Source: an uncultured Candidatus Poseidoniales archaeon (GTDB lineage Archaea > Thermoplasmatota > Poseidoniia > Poseidoniales > Thalassarchaeaceae). Taken from it: DNA of 64,000 nt. The notes under the pieces were generated by a model that did no database searches, was not told the DNA's origin, and worked only from the letters and a program-made list of their open reading frames with translations. Below are positions 35,337 through 45,096 of this stretch, in pieces. Within the stretch, counting starts at the first letter, position 1, and the number at the start of each line of letters is the position of its first letter. Made by a program: the position numbers and the translations under genes. Where the stretch lies: assembly GCA_902593945.1 (NCBI GenBank), contig CACJKA010000001.1, positions 105,905 to 169,904 of the forward strand. The letters are read 5' to 3'.

Positions 35337-36404
35337 TCACTTCCTCTTCGGAGGTTTAGGGAATTTATTCTTTATCGATTCTGCTTCTTTATGAATCTCT
35401 GATATCTGTTCTTTTGTCAACTTCTGACCATTGAAATGGTCTATCCTGACTGCAATACTAGCCTTACCTGCCAAATATCTCGCAACTTTACCGCGTACCC
35501 AACGCGGACTACGACTTACTGCTGGCATAGAAAAGAGAATCGCTCCGTGTTTAGGGGGAGGTGCCCCCTTTCTATGTGCAGACATAGCTGCATTAGCCCC
35601 TAACACCTGAAGACTACCCGAAGGCATTCTGGCTAGGCGCTCACGACCACCTGCTAAAACAACTAATTTTGCAGCGCTTATAGGCCCCATTAAAGCAGAT
35701 AAACTAGGCAAATAATCATTAGCAAGAACTCTGATTGTTTCCTCAGAAGTTGTTATCTGATTTGCTAAATTAACTACTGATTGTGCTTGAGAATTTATAC
35801 TATTCCATTCATCTTTCGAAGGCTGATATGTGGGTTCAGAGACATTGAACTCCTTGGCCACCTCGTTTATTGATTTAGATTTAGAAACTATTTCTGGAAT
35901 TTTCTTTCTTTGTTCATCTAAATCCAAATCAAATAAAAATAATCCAGTCCATTCAATACATCTCGCTTCTAAAGTTGTCCAAGAAGATCTCAACTCATTA
36001 TTTGCAGAAACTAACATATCCATCCTTCTATCAATGTCTCCTGAAGATTCTGCGACCCCTCTTTTTGCTAATCTAGTAGATGCTTCGATAAATTTCTGCA
36101 TTTCTTCATCAGACAATTCTGGCCATTCAGAATCAGACAGTGCGCCCAGAGAATCTATTGTTGCCTCAGGAAATCGTTCCTTCAATGAACGTGCTTCAGT
36201 AGTAAGCCTTCCAGACTGCAAATCTGAAAGCCTATCTACAAGATTTTTTGTAGAAATACGGTTCCAATATAACTCATCAATTATTTGATCATCCGCATCG
36301 ATAACCCTGGCCAGCCTCCAATCGTAGATGACGCGCACAAACCTCTCGGCGTCGACTTCATGCTTCAATCTCACGATTAGCAGCGAAGGCATCAAAACTG
36401 GCAT
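35337..36404 (-). CDS. nop5: Nop5 (Nop56/58) box C/D RNP core protein
   Basis: NOP domain pattern LMGPISAAKLVVLAGGRERLARMPSGSLQVLGA...HGAILFSMP...RGKVARYLAGKASIAVRID. Lys-rich C-terminal tail. Conserved nop5-flpA gene pair. Confidence 0.85.
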   Translation of the reverse strand: MPVLMPSLLIVRLKHEVDAERFVRVIYDWRLARVIDADDQIIDELYWNRISTKNLVDRLSDLQSGRLTTEARSLKERFPEATIDSLGALSDSEWPELSDEEMQKFIEASTRLAKRGVAESSGDIDRRMDMLVSANNELRSSWTTLEARCIEWTGLFLFDLDLDEQRKKIPEIVSKSKSINEVAKEFNVSEPTYQPSKDEWNSINSQAQSVVNLANQITTSEETIRVLANDYLPSLSALMGPISAAKLVVLAGGRERLARMPSGSLQVLGANAAMSAHRKGAPPPKHGAILFSMPAVSRSPRWVRGKVARYLAGKASIAVRIDHFNGQKLTKEQISEIHKEAESIKNKFPKPPKRK

Positions 36405-36418
36405 GTATTAGCCAACTC

Positions 36419-36793
36419 ATGGATGGAAGACTGGTTCTATTAGTTGGTCTAGGTGGTGCAATAGGCTCAATCTTGAGATATTTGATAACTGAGATAATAC
36501 CATCTAATCAAATGCCATATGGAACAATTACTGTAAACTTACTAGGTTCAATGCTATTGGGAATAATGTTTGGAGCAATTGCTGCTGATGCGATTATAAA
36601 TCAAGATTATGTATTATTATTTGGAACTGGCCTATTAGGTGCATTTACAACAATGTCTGCATTTGCGATGGATACAATAACTCTAACAGAAGATGAAATA
36701 TCTACAACTCTTATTTACATAGTCATAACTATTGTTGGTAGTTTGGGTTTAGCTTGGGCGGGATACAAAATCGGTTTTTCTTTATTCTCTTAA
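36419..36793 (+). CDS. crcB: Fluoride channel CrcB/FluC
   Basis: 124 aa with 4 TM segments. GGAIGSILRY and GAFTTMSAF are signature segments. Confidence 0.9.
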   Translation: MDGRLVLLVGLGGAIGSILRYLITEIIPSNQMPYGTITVNLLGSMLLGIMFGAIAADAIINQDYVLLFGTGLLGAFTTMSAFAMDTITLTEDEISTTLIYIVITIVGSLGLAWAGYKIGFSLFS

Positions 36794-36888
36794 TATTATT
36801 AGTTTAGAGTTAGAATGTTAGTAACGTTCAATAAGATGATGATTTACCACTATTCGGTTGGTTACACAATCAACTGTTGGTGTGAGTC

Positions 36889-37269
36889 ATGTTTTGTCCT
36901 GAATGCGGTACCTTAGGTTTTATGGAAGGTAATGGAAATATTAGATGTACAAATTATACTTGTGGATATGAAGGACCTCTAGCAGGAAAAGACGGAAAGG
37001 GAGCAGAATTTACCGACCCAATGACTGGAGAAACTATTGATCTATCTAAAGCCGCAACTTCCAGTGAAACCTCCTCTCTGAGGCACTTGAATGAGGTTGT
37101 GCCTGAAACAGTCGCTCAAGGAACACTGTGGGTTGGTGATTATCTATGCCCAAAATGCGATGCAGATAGGATATTTGTTGTATTAATGCAGACCAGATCT
37201 TCTGATGAACCTGAAACAAAAATCTGTACTTGTGAGAGTTGTGGACATAAGTTTAGAGAATACCAATAA
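36889..37269 (+). CDS. tfs: Transcription factor S / RNA polymerase subunit M-type zinc-ribbon protein
   Basis: N-terminal ribbon MFCPECGTL...CTNYTCG. C-terminal TFIIS-type ribbon CPKCDADRIFVVLMQTRSSDEPETKICTCESCGHKF with the acidic SDE hairpin. Confidence 0.8.
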   Translation: MFCPECGTLGFMEGNGNIRCTNYTCGYEGPLAGKDGKGAEFTDPMTGETIDLSKAATSSETSSLRHLNEVVPETVAQGTLWVGDYLCPKCDADRIFVVLMQTRSSDEPETKICTCESCGHKFREYQ

Positions 37270-37366
37270 TATTCAAATTTTCTTGACTTTTTGTGAGATA
37301 ATACCTAATCGTTGAAACATAAGCATGAATAACCCGCAGTCAAGGGTAGGATAAGAAAGGGGTGGC

Positions 37367-38119
37367 ATGATGTTGAGAGTCACAGCAAATACGCAATTAA
37401 TGAAAGAAATAGTGGATCTACTTTCTGTGTTAACAGAAGAAGCAAAATTAGTATGGAAAGAAAATGGACTTCAGATAAATGTAGTTGATGGATCACATGT
37501 TGCTTTACTATCTGCAACTATAGGCGATGCATGCTTTGAGACATATGAAGTTGAACCCGTAGAAATTGGATTAGAGCTAGCTAAATTGAGAGATTTATTG
37601 AGTCTAGCTGGTCCTTCGGATTTAGTTGAGTTAGATTATGATAAAGCAATTGGAGCCATAAATGTCAGAGTTGGAGCGGTACACAGAATTCTAAGGGGCT
37701 TAGATACAGCAACAATGAATGAACCAAAAATGCCACAATTATCATTCGATAGTAGGGCAACTATAGACGCATCCAAACTCTCTAATGCGCTAAGAGCGGC
37801 AAAATTTGTAGGGGAATTAGTAGATTTAAGTCTAGATTCTAATCAGATGAGTGTTTCAGTAACTGTTGAAGCAGGTGAGTCGGTTAATGTAAGATTTGAT
37901 GCTGGAGAATTAAGTGAGTTAGTTGCTCCAAACCCAACACAATCGACATATTCACTGCAATTCTTGGATCCTCTAACAAGAAAACTAGCAAGTGGATTAA
38001 CTGATTCTGTAACATTAGAATTCCAAGATAAATATCCTCTTAGACTAACATGGAATAGTAATGATGGGGGAGCTAGTTGGGTGTATTTCCTAGCTCCTAG
38101 AGTCACAAATGATCCATGA
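37367..38119 (+). CDS. pcn: DNA polymerase sliding clamp (PCNA)
   Basis: 250 aa. The two-domain PCNA pattern is present (LVWKENGLQINVVDGSHVALLSATI..FETYEVEP..IGLELAKLRDLL; ...LEFQDKYPLRLTW). The length is typical. Confidence 0.85.
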   Translation: MMLRVTANTQLMKEIVDLLSVLTEEAKLVWKENGLQINVVDGSHVALLSATIGDACFETYEVEPVEIGLELAKLRDLLSLAGPSDLVELDYDKAIGAINVRVGAVHRILRGLDTATMNEPKMPQLSFDSRATIDASKLSNALRAAKFVGELVDLSLDSNQMSVSVTVEAGESVNVRFDAGELSELVAPNPTQSTYSLQFLDPLTRKLASGLTDSVTLEFQDKYPLRLTWNSNDGGASWVYFLAPRVTNDP

Positions 38120-38163
38120 TTACTCATCGATGTTATTGAAAGTGTAGGCTCTTACGGTAAGCC

Positions 38164-39252
38164 GTGAGTGAACCTTCAGTTACGGTCATTATTCCTAGCG
38201 TCAGGAATCATGAGGAGTTAGATATTGTACTAAAGGGTCTGAAAAAACAGATATATGGCGGACAAATCGAAACAGTAGTTGTTGGCCCAACAAATGACCC
38301 TGGAAAAGACGTATGTCTAGAGAATAATATTCGATTCATTGATGATGAAGGTTCTAGAACTAGAGCGGATGCATGTAACATAGCAATAAAATCTACAAGT
38401 TCAGAACTGATACTATTCACTGATGATGATGTTATTGTTCCAAAAGATTGGGTTAAGAAATTAGTTTCATGGTTTGAAAATGAGGAAGTTAGTGGGGTTG
38501 GAGGGCCTAATTTCGCCCCAGTTGATGAATCTACAATGTGGCAACAAGTAATTGATGTTGCATTCTGTAGTACAATATTTACTGCCGGAACTAATTACGG
38601 CAAAATAGGTAAGAAAGACCTAGATGAAGTCAATCAACTTCCTGGAGTTAATTGCGCATACAGGCGCTCAGTTCTAGAAGAAGTAGAAGGATTTGATGAA
38701 GGCGCTATTGGAGCAGAAGATGTTATGCTTGATCATAGGATAAGAATGACTGGAAAGAAATTATGGACCGATAGAACTGCTATAATGTGGCATAGAAGAA
38801 GAGACCTTTCAAGAGTTAAGAAACAAATTAGGAACTATGGACTTGTGAGAACTTTGGCTAGTCACGAATACCCTGAACTAAGAGCACCTACGCATACAGC
38901 AGTTGCATTTTTCCCACCAATAGTGATAGTAGCATTTGGGTTCTTTTTTTGGGGCCTAGCAAATGGAGGATTGGCATGGCCTGACTTCTGGGATATTCGA
39001 TTATCTACAGTACCTATGGGGCTACCTAGGTTAGGAGTTCATACACTACCAACACTTATTCTAGTGTACAACCTGTTAGCGTGGTATGGCTCTTGGAAGG
39101 GAAATTCCCCCAGTAAAACAAAGAAAACTATCTTTTTGTCCTCAATAGCAACTTACACATTACATTGGAACTATGGAATGGGAGTATTAACCGGTTGGGT
39201 TAGAATTTTAAGAGGGAAATCTGGCCTTCAGATAGATGATAGGTCGCGTTAA
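38164..39252 (+). CDS. Family 2 glycosyltransferase with C-terminal membrane segments
   Basis: VTVIIPSVRN start, a DxD-like FTDDDV, and a GT-A fold pattern. 3-4 TM helices lie in the last 120 aa. Confidence 0.85.
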   Translation: MSEPSVTVIIPSVRNHEELDIVLKGLKKQIYGGQIETVVVGPTNDPGKDVCLENNIRFIDDEGSRTRADACNIAIKSTSSELILFTDDDVIVPKDWVKKLVSWFENEEVSGVGGPNFAPVDESTMWQQVIDVAFCSTIFTAGTNYGKIGKKDLDEVNQLPGVNCAYRRSVLEEVEGFDEGAIGAEDVMLDHRIRMTGKKLWTDRTAIMWHRRRDLSRVKKQIRNYGLVRTLASHEYPELRAPTHTAVAFFPPIVIVAFGFFFWGLANGGLAWPDFWDIRLSTVPMGLPRLGVHTLPTLILVYNLLAWYGSWKGNSPSKTKKTIFLSSIATYTLHWNYGMGVLTGWVRILRGKSGLQIDDRSR

Positions 39253-39956
39253 ATTATTTTCATCTTGCCACAATTATTTCCAACTCTCCAAGAGTTAGTC
39301 CTTGGCCTCCAGAATACAACAGTGAATACTCCGATAAATAATCCGCCGAATACTAAATTCAGCCAGCCATCTGAGATATACCCTGAGCTTGCATTAAAAT
39401 ATGCCCAGATAAATGATGGGATGATACCAATTATTAATGAAATTAGCAACTCCTCAAATAATAACTTAGATTTATCAGATGAAGCAGGTAATTTTGGAGA
39501 TGAAGAATCATTATGGTTTATCTTTGGCCTTTTGACTAAGCGTAAATATTCACATTTCTCACCTTTACGAATAGAGCTAATTGAAGGATTTCCTGATCTC
39601 CAAGTCCGTGAAACTTTCATTAGCCAATTATCTTCTATAAATGGCCTTCCATCACAATATTTCAACCAATAAGAACCACGAATTCTATCAGATAATTCTT
39701 CAACTTGATTTTCTCCAGAAATCAGTTTCTTCTCCATTGCGAGAGTCCATTCAGATTCTGAAGCAACATAACAATCTTCATCTTGTAAAGCGACTTCTGC
39801 AATTTCATGATTTACCGGTAAAAAAGATATTTCAAAATTATAATCAATTTTTACTTCATGCCTAGGCCCGATTCCTCCAAAAAGAACTGAACGATTATCA
39901 GAACCAATGAATACTTTACCTGGTTCCACGGTTATCCATTGAATTTCCAATCTCAC
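39249..39956 (-). CDS. Membrane-anchored protein with truncated FGE-sulfatase/SUMF1-like N-terminal domain (tentative)
   Basis: WITVEPGKVFIGSDN ... PRHEVKIDYNFEISFLPVNHEI ... ASESEWTLA loosely follows the FGE-domain pattern (IPGG.F.MGS / P.H.V....F.I....VT / LPTEAEWE.A). Two C-terminal TM helices. Confidence 0.35.
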   Translation of the reverse strand: MRLEIQWITVEPGKVFIGSDNRSVLFGGIGPRHEVKIDYNFEISFLPVNHEIAEVALQDEDCYVASESEWTLAMEKKLISGENQVEELSDRIRGSYWLKYCDGRPFIEDNWLMKVSRTWRSGNPSISSIRKGEKCEYLRLVKRPKINHNDSSSPKLPASSDKSKLLFEELLISLIIGIIPSFIWAYFNASSGYISDGWLNLVFGGLFIGVFTVVFWRPRTNSWRVGNNCGKMKII

Positions 39957-39961
39957 CCCAC

Positions 39962-41863
39962 CTAGGATTCAATTTCTCCAGTTTGTATTGACCACTGAGA
40001 AGCATATACACTTTCGTTTTCCAGTAATTCTCCATGCTTTCCTCTTTCTACAATTGAGCCATCAACCATTGATATTATTTCATCGGCATTTCTAATGGTA
40101 GCGAGTCTATGGGCTACTGCTATGGTAATTCTATTCTTCTTACCGTTGGAACCGTCAAAAAGTGACTGTTGTATTCTCTTTTCTGTTTCAGCATCTAATG
40201 CCGCACTTGCTTCATCTAGAATTAGAAGATCAGGATCATTCAATAGAGCCCTGGCCAGACTAATTCTTGCCCTCTGACCGCCTGATAGCATCACTCCTCT
40301 ATCGCCAACCATTGATTCTAATCCATTTGGCAATTGAGAAATAAATTCGGATGCTCCGGCCATATCTAGTGCACTGAATATCTCTTCATCTGTAGAATCT
40401 CTCGCGTAGGAAACATTTTGTTTAATGGTCCCGTAAAAAAGAAATGGGTCCTGAGATACAAAACCTATCTTTGATCTGACTGATTTTATAGAAAAATTAT
40501 TGATATCTATTCCATTAATGAGAACTTGGCCATGTTGTGGTTGATAGAATTTCTCTACTAACTTCAGTATTGTACTCTTACCCGCCCCAGTATGGCCCAT
40601 GACTCCTAGAAATTCTCCTGAAGAAACCTCCAGATTGATATTGTTGAGGACATTAAACTCGGAAGAAGGATAGGAAAAAGATACATCTTTGAATGATAGA
40701 CTTGTAATTGGTTCTTCAAGAGGTAATGCTTCCTCCTTATCAAAAATTGAAGGTTCAAGATCTATGACCGCAAAAACTCGACGTGAAGCAGCCTCACCTT
40801 TCTGTAGTTGATTCAGCAACATCCCTAGAATCCATAATGGCATAGTCATTCTAGTAGATATCAGTAAGAATGTAACAAACTGACCAACACTTATTTGCCC
40901 GGAATTCATTAACCAACCTCCGGCTGAAACTAAGAGACCGAATGAGATTCCGGCTACTATATGGAATCCAGGAATGAAGCGATTTCTGATAAAGGCTGCT
41001 TGTATAGCTTGATCCCTATAATTGCCACTTTGCCCCTCAATCCTAACTCTCTCAAAATCGCTGGCATTATATGCTTGGACAACTGTTATGCCGGATAATA
41101 CATTTTCTAATATTGCCACTATTCCGCCAGTACTTTCTCTTTGTTGACGGTACTTTCTTTGTACTCTAGTGGAAAACCAGATAACCATAGGGACAATCAT
41201 GAATAATGGTCCAAAGAGAATCATACAAAGTGTAGGAGACATCCAAAAAAGAATTAAAAATGCAGCACTGAGAGTTGTTACTATCCTAATTATACTAGTA
41301 GTAGAATCTGAAATTATATCCTCTAATTGTGCGACATCCGCGGATAAAACAGACATCAAGTTACCAGTCTGCCTAGTTTCAAAGTATGATGCTTCCATAT
41401 CCATCAAAGATTTTGTAGCATCCATTCGGATATCATGCTGAGCCTTGTAAGCGATTGACTGCCAAAGTTGATTGCTTAACCCTTGAGTTATTGCAAGACA
41501 GATGAATGATGAAAAAATAAGTAAGCCAAAGCCAAGTTCTGTAGAATCAATCGGACCTAAATTTGGTATTACATCTAGTGTAACAAAACTCTCAACTCTT
41601 GAGTCGGTAAATTGAGATTTCTCGGGGTTATAATAATCAGCAGCCATCCCTATAGCAACCAATGGGACAAGATCAAAGATTCTAGCACCAATATTCGCTA
41701 TTAGACCACCTATCGCTCTTTCCCAGTATCTTGTCACATAAGGTAAAATTCTCCATATCTGTCGTCCAACTATTTGCTTATCATCACCAAGGTCAGACGC
41801 ATCTTTACTTATTGAAGAAACTATGACATCCTTTGCTGGGTGTGGATGACTGGCCTTCGACAT
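39962..41863 (-). CDS. ABC exporter, fused permease + ATPase (MsbA/MdlB type)
   Basis: Six-TM exporter domain, then Walker A GHTGAGKST, signature LSGGQRARISLARAL and Walker B LLILDEASAALD. Confidence 0.9.
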   Translation of the reverse strand: MSKASHPHPAKDVIVSSISKDASDLGDDKQIVGRQIWRILPYVTRYWERAIGGLIANIGARIFDLVPLVAIGMAADYYNPEKSQFTDSRVESFVTLDVIPNLGPIDSTELGFGLLIFSSFICLAITQGLSNQLWQSIAYKAQHDIRMDATKSLMDMEASYFETRQTGNLMSVLSADVAQLEDIISDSTTSIIRIVTTLSAAFLILFWMSPTLCMILFGPLFMIVPMVIWFSTRVQRKYRQQRESTGGIVAILENVLSGITVVQAYNASDFERVRIEGQSGNYRDQAIQAAFIRNRFIPGFHIVAGISFGLLVSAGGWLMNSGQISVGQFVTFLLISTRMTMPLWILGMLLNQLQKGEAASRRVFAVIDLEPSIFDKEEALPLEEPITSLSFKDVSFSYPSSEFNVLNNINLEVSSGEFLGVMGHTGAGKSTILKLVEKFYQPQHGQVLINGIDINNFSIKSVRSKIGFVSQDPFLFYGTIKQNVSYARDSTDEEIFSALDMAGASEFISQLPNGLESMVGDRGVMLSGGQRARISLARALLNDPDLLILDEASAALDAETEKRIQQSLFDGSNGKKNRITIAVAHRLATIRNADEIISMVDGSIVERGKHGELLENESVYASQWSIQTGEIES

Positions 41864-41915
41864 GTTCTGCGGGAGAACAAGTAGTGTTTGAATGCTTCAC
41901 TTGACTGTTTTGATA

Positions 41916-41990
41916 TGGTGCGCCCGCCGGGATTTGAACCCGGGACATGAGGTTGGAAACCTCAGGTGATAACCCCTTCACTACAGGCGC
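41916..41990 (-). tRNA. tRNA-Gly (anticodon UCC), CCA encoded
   Basis: Minus-strand read: GCGCCTG TA GTGA AGGGGTTA TCAC C TGAGG TTTCCAA CCTCA TGTC CCGGG TTCAAAT CCCGG CGGGCGC A CCA. Complete 75-nt cloverleaf. Confidence 0.9.
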
Positions 41991-42044
41991 GTAATCTATC
42001 GGAGGATATGCCCTTTCTAAACTAGTTCGGTTACATTCGTTCAA

Positions 42045-42275
42045 ATGTTATTACCATATCCGAGGTTTATGCTTGTGCGCCAAAGAGTGGGAATTCTGTT
42101 GATGATACTATTTCTACCCATTAATGGCCCTTTACTAAGAATTGGTATTCAAGAAATAATGAATAAACCGGTCCCAATTGGAGAATTTTATTTCTTTGCT
42201 CTATGTGTAGTTCTATTTTTATTAGGCGGAATAATGACTTTTACTCCAAAATTAAAATCCCCTTTTCAGGAATAG
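42045..42275 (+). CDS. Possible small 2-TM membrane protein
   Basis: 76-aa hydrophobic ORF filling the tRNA-to-TatD gap. No other support. Confidence 0.3.
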   Translation: MLLPYPRFMLVRQRVGILLMILFLPINGPLLRIGIQEIMNKPVPIGEFYFFALCVVLFLLGGIMTFTPKLKSPFQE

Positions 42276-43168
42276 AGAATTTGTGGCCAATTAAAATGAA
42301 TATTTTCTATAATTTCATTAATTTGTTCTACTGAATAACCAGATTGTCTTAGTTTTTCTGTCAATTGATGAGTTCTTTTGGGAATTGTTTTCGGTCCGAG
42401 GACCGCACCCGGACGATTCTTATCATCTAGAAAATCCGTTTCCATACCCCAATAAGAATTGCAATTTGGCAAGCTTTCTACAATTTTTGAAATGCTACCC
42501 TTCCCAACACTTACAGATACACTCAAACCATGAGTGAAATCAGAACTAATATTAGCCGGGGCATAATGTCTTATTGCGAGATGCCTAGGTAAACTTGCCT
42601 TATCACATAATTTTGCTAAATCAGAATATGTTTTCTCGCCATCATCTTCAACATGAAGTTGTATACTGATTTTTTCTTCCGCGGCTAATTTCATGATTTC
42701 TAATAATAAATCATTGGCTGCATCCCAGATTTGCGAATCTACAGGATAATGTGGACGACCTACTTCTCCAAGACACACGGCTTCTCCCAACGAAATATAT
42801 TGTATTGCGAGTTTTACGGCTTGAAGATGTAAAGATGTAGATTCTTGTAAACCAATTGTATGTATTTGTTTCTCCCAAGATACAGGATGGGGCCCAAGAA
42901 TTACTGAGACCTGGATTCCGAACTTTTCTCTAATTTCTCTTGCCATCTCAATAGTATTATCATATGCTGATTGATAATCAGAAATTGACAAAGGTAAATT
43001 TGAAAAATTCGGTTTGTGAACCAAATTAATAGCAGTTCCTCCTGAATTCACGAACTCAGAAACTGCATCTAGGAATCTATTATTACGATCTAAATGCATA
43101 TGTTGGTCTAATATTGGCCCTTCCCATCGGCCGTGATTAAACATATTCTCACGCCAATGCGCCCTCAT
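42266..43168 (-). CDS. TatD-family metal-dependent hydrolase
   Basis: ILDQHMHLD N-terminal His pair, an internal HVED, and TIM-barrel hydrolase spacing. The probable start is the internal MFNHGRWEG. Last gene of a three-gene overlapping operon. Confidence 0.6.
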   Translation of the reverse strand: MRAHWRENMFNHGRWEGPILDQHMHLDRNNRFLDAVSEFVNSGGTAINLVHKPNFSNLPLSISDYQSAYDNTIEMAREIREKFGIQVSVILGPHPVSWEKQIHTIGLQESTSLHLQAVKLAIQYISLGEAVCLGEVGRPHYPVDSQIWDAANDLLLEIMKLAAEEKISIQLHVEDDGEKTYSDLAKLCDKASLPRHLAIRHYAPANISSDFTHGLSVSVSVGKGSISKIVESLPNCNSYWGMETDFLDDKNRPGAVLGPKTIPKRTHQLTEKLRQSGYSVEQINEIIENIHFNWPQILYS

Positions 43169-43682
43169 TATCTAACTGGGACGACCAGTGTCTAATTGCC
43201 ATCTCAGCAATTCTTTTTGAAGTTTGTTTCAAGACAATACCATGACCATTGTTGAATAATAGAATACTACATTTATGCCTATCTGCATCTATTCTTAAGG
43301 CACCAATTCTAGAATCTAGATTTATCTCAGAAAAACGATCAGCAGCCAGCTCCATTAATACAGCTCGACCTATTGAAAAACGAATTATCATTTCACCAGA
43401 CTCTACTAACAACCATTCATCAGACATTCCAAGAGTTAACAACAATTCTTGTACAGCCAAACGTGCTACTTCGGTTCTTGAAATACCATGGACCAATACT
43501 GAACCTTCTGGTTCAATTACAAGAGTTGCATGAGGGTTTTCATGAATAATTACAACAAATTCTCCTGACTTAACGCCTCCGCCTAAACTAACGGCTTCTT
43601 CATGATTTATTGGTTCAGAAGGAGTGAAACGAAAGGTCTGTGTTTCAACATCAAGATTAATTTTGGTTTCATCCATAATCAT
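43149..43682 (-). CDS. Divergent TBP-fold (TATA-box-binding-protein-like) two-repeat protein, tentative
   Basis: Two internal repeats end in PHATLVIEPEGSVLVHGISRTEVARLAVQELLLTLG and HKCSILLFNNGHGIVLKQTSKRIAEMAIRHWSSQL. They mirror the TBP repeat cores (..ALLIFSSGKLVVTGAKS.....A......L). It overlaps both neighbours. Confidence 0.45.
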   Translation of the reverse strand: MIMDETKINLDVETQTFRFTPSEPINHEEAVSLGGGVKSGEFVVIIHENPHATLVIEPEGSVLVHGISRTEVARLAVQELLLTLGMSDEWLLVESGEMIIRFSIGRAVLMELAADRFSEINLDSRIGALRIDADRHKCSILLFNNGHGIVLKQTSKRIAEMAIRHWSSQLDNEGALA

Positions 43683-44476
43683 TCCTCCGGAGTTATCTCC
43701 TCAACATTCGTACATGAAGTAATCGCTTTTCTTATTGAAGGCAACCATGCCTGATGAATAGGTACCATCAAAGTTAATTCTTCTGATTGAGAATTACTCT
43801 CATTACTATTTCTGAGATTTGCCAAGGCACCCCTAATTCTTGAAACAAACCTTTCATCTCTGAGATTTTGTAATTCCTCAGAGATTCCTCGCTGTTCTTC
43901 TATCCACCAAGTCAAACAAGATGCAGAGGCAGCCCCCATGTCGGCATTGACTAACTTAGAACTTGTTACAGATTTAATTGCATTCTTCCTTATCTTTTTC
44001 CATCTCCTACCAGTTGTCAATGTCAAAATTAGATTAGAGTAAGTAACCTGTTGATCGGCACTTTTAATTTGCCAATCAACCCATTTCTCATCTTCAAGGT
44101 CAGGTTCAATTGCATAAATTGGAAGCCCTCCTCTTGAATTTCTAGCATGTAAAAGTAAGCGTAATTGTTCAGGATCTGGAATCACTGGACCATCTAAATC
44201 CAGTTCATTCAAATCGGTCATCAAACGTCCTAAAACAGTGCCTGAAGCAATGGCTGAGTCTCTATGAACTCCCGGACTTTCTTTCTCTTGTTTGTCCTCA
44301 ATTATCCAAGAATTAAGATCGATTGATGATGTCATAAACGCTACACCATGAAAATTAGAATGAGAGCGTAGCTTAACCGGCATTCGAATACAAGGAATAT
44401 GGGGCCAAAAAATGATTTTGCCCCCTTCAGGGTCATTAAAATGATACTCATCCCACACTAAGGCCGGCATATCCAT
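43679..44476 (-). CDS. Hypothetical protein (265 aa), first gene of the TBP-like/TatD operon
   Basis: ORF with a 4-bp overlap to the downstream gene. No motif recognised. Confidence 0.5.
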   Translation of the reverse strand: MDMPALVWDEYHFNDPEGGKIIFWPHIPCIRMPVKLRSHSNFHGVAFMTSSIDLNSWIIEDKQEKESPGVHRDSAIASGTVLGRLMTDLNELDLDGPVIPDPEQLRLLLHARNSRGGLPIYAIEPDLEDEKWVDWQIKSADQQVTYSNLILTLTTGRRWKKIRKNAIKSVTSSKLVNADMGAASASCLTWWIEEQRGISEELQNLRDERFVSRIRGALANLRNSNESNSQSEELTLMVPIHQAWLPSIRKAITSCTNVEEITPEE

Positions 44477-44570
44477 ACCTATCCGAAAAGGTATCTAGGA
44501 TTGAATACAACGGTCAGAAAATGTCCCTAAATTGATAAAATAATATGATGGGTTCAAGTTTAATGAGGAT

Positions 44571-45038
44571 TTGAGAGGGACGATAGACATGAACGAGGCC
44601 TATTCAACAGACCCGGTAATTCAACTAAATGAGGTGTTTCCAGGAGACACAAATGCACTAGACACATTATTCGGAGGGAGATTAATGTCAATTATGGATA
44701 CTGCCGCAGGAATGGCAGCATCTAAATTTGCTCATAGAAACTTTGTCACCATATCTGTTGATGCATTGAAATTTAGAAGACCCGCATATCAAGGAGATGT
44801 AATTAGAACTACTGCAAGAGTCGTTTGGACATCTCCTAGAACGGCAGGGATACATGTAATCTCATGTAGATTGTCAAGGTCAGAATGGGTAGGTGAAGAG
44901 ATATGTTCGGGATTCTTCTTTATGGTTGCAATTGATAGAGATATGAAAGCGATTAACATACCTCAATTTGAACCAAAAACAGATGAAGAAAAAGAATTGT
45001 GGAAATCAGCACAAAAAGCTAGAGAGGCAATGAGTTAG
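44571..45038 (+). CDS. Acyl-CoA thioesterase (hotdog fold, YciA/ACOT type)
   Basis: VFPGDTNALDTLFGGRLMSIMDTAAGMAA pattern typical of acyl-CoA hydrolases. Confidence 0.85.
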   Translation: MRGTIDMNEAYSTDPVIQLNEVFPGDTNALDTLFGGRLMSIMDTAAGMAASKFAHRNFVTISVDALKFRRPAYQGDVIRTTARVVWTSPRTAGIHVISCRLSRSEWVGEEICSGFFFMVAIDRDMKAINIPQFEPKTDEEKELWKSAQKAREAMS

Positions 45039-45096
45039 TCAATTTACTAATTCAATTCACCGTTCCTTTCAACAAGGGAAGGCTCTTCGGATAATT

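Noticed and set aside
35830-36288. Longer antisense ORFs inside confirmed genes (35830..36288, 49724..50104, 61696..62199, 39265..39672, 43249..43533, 1416..1859 and similar track entries)
   Set aside because: Each lies entirely within and opposite to a gene with strong family motifs. Each has low-complexity or Ser/Leu-rich composition typical of shadow ORFs.
36405-36418. Fluoride riboswitch upstream of crcB
   Set aside because: Only 14 nt separate crcB from the divergent nop5 start. There is no room for the crcB motif, and none is seen.
41805-42044. 79-aa minus-strand ORF
   Set aside because: It is read straight through the tRNA-Gly(UCC) gene and is spurious.
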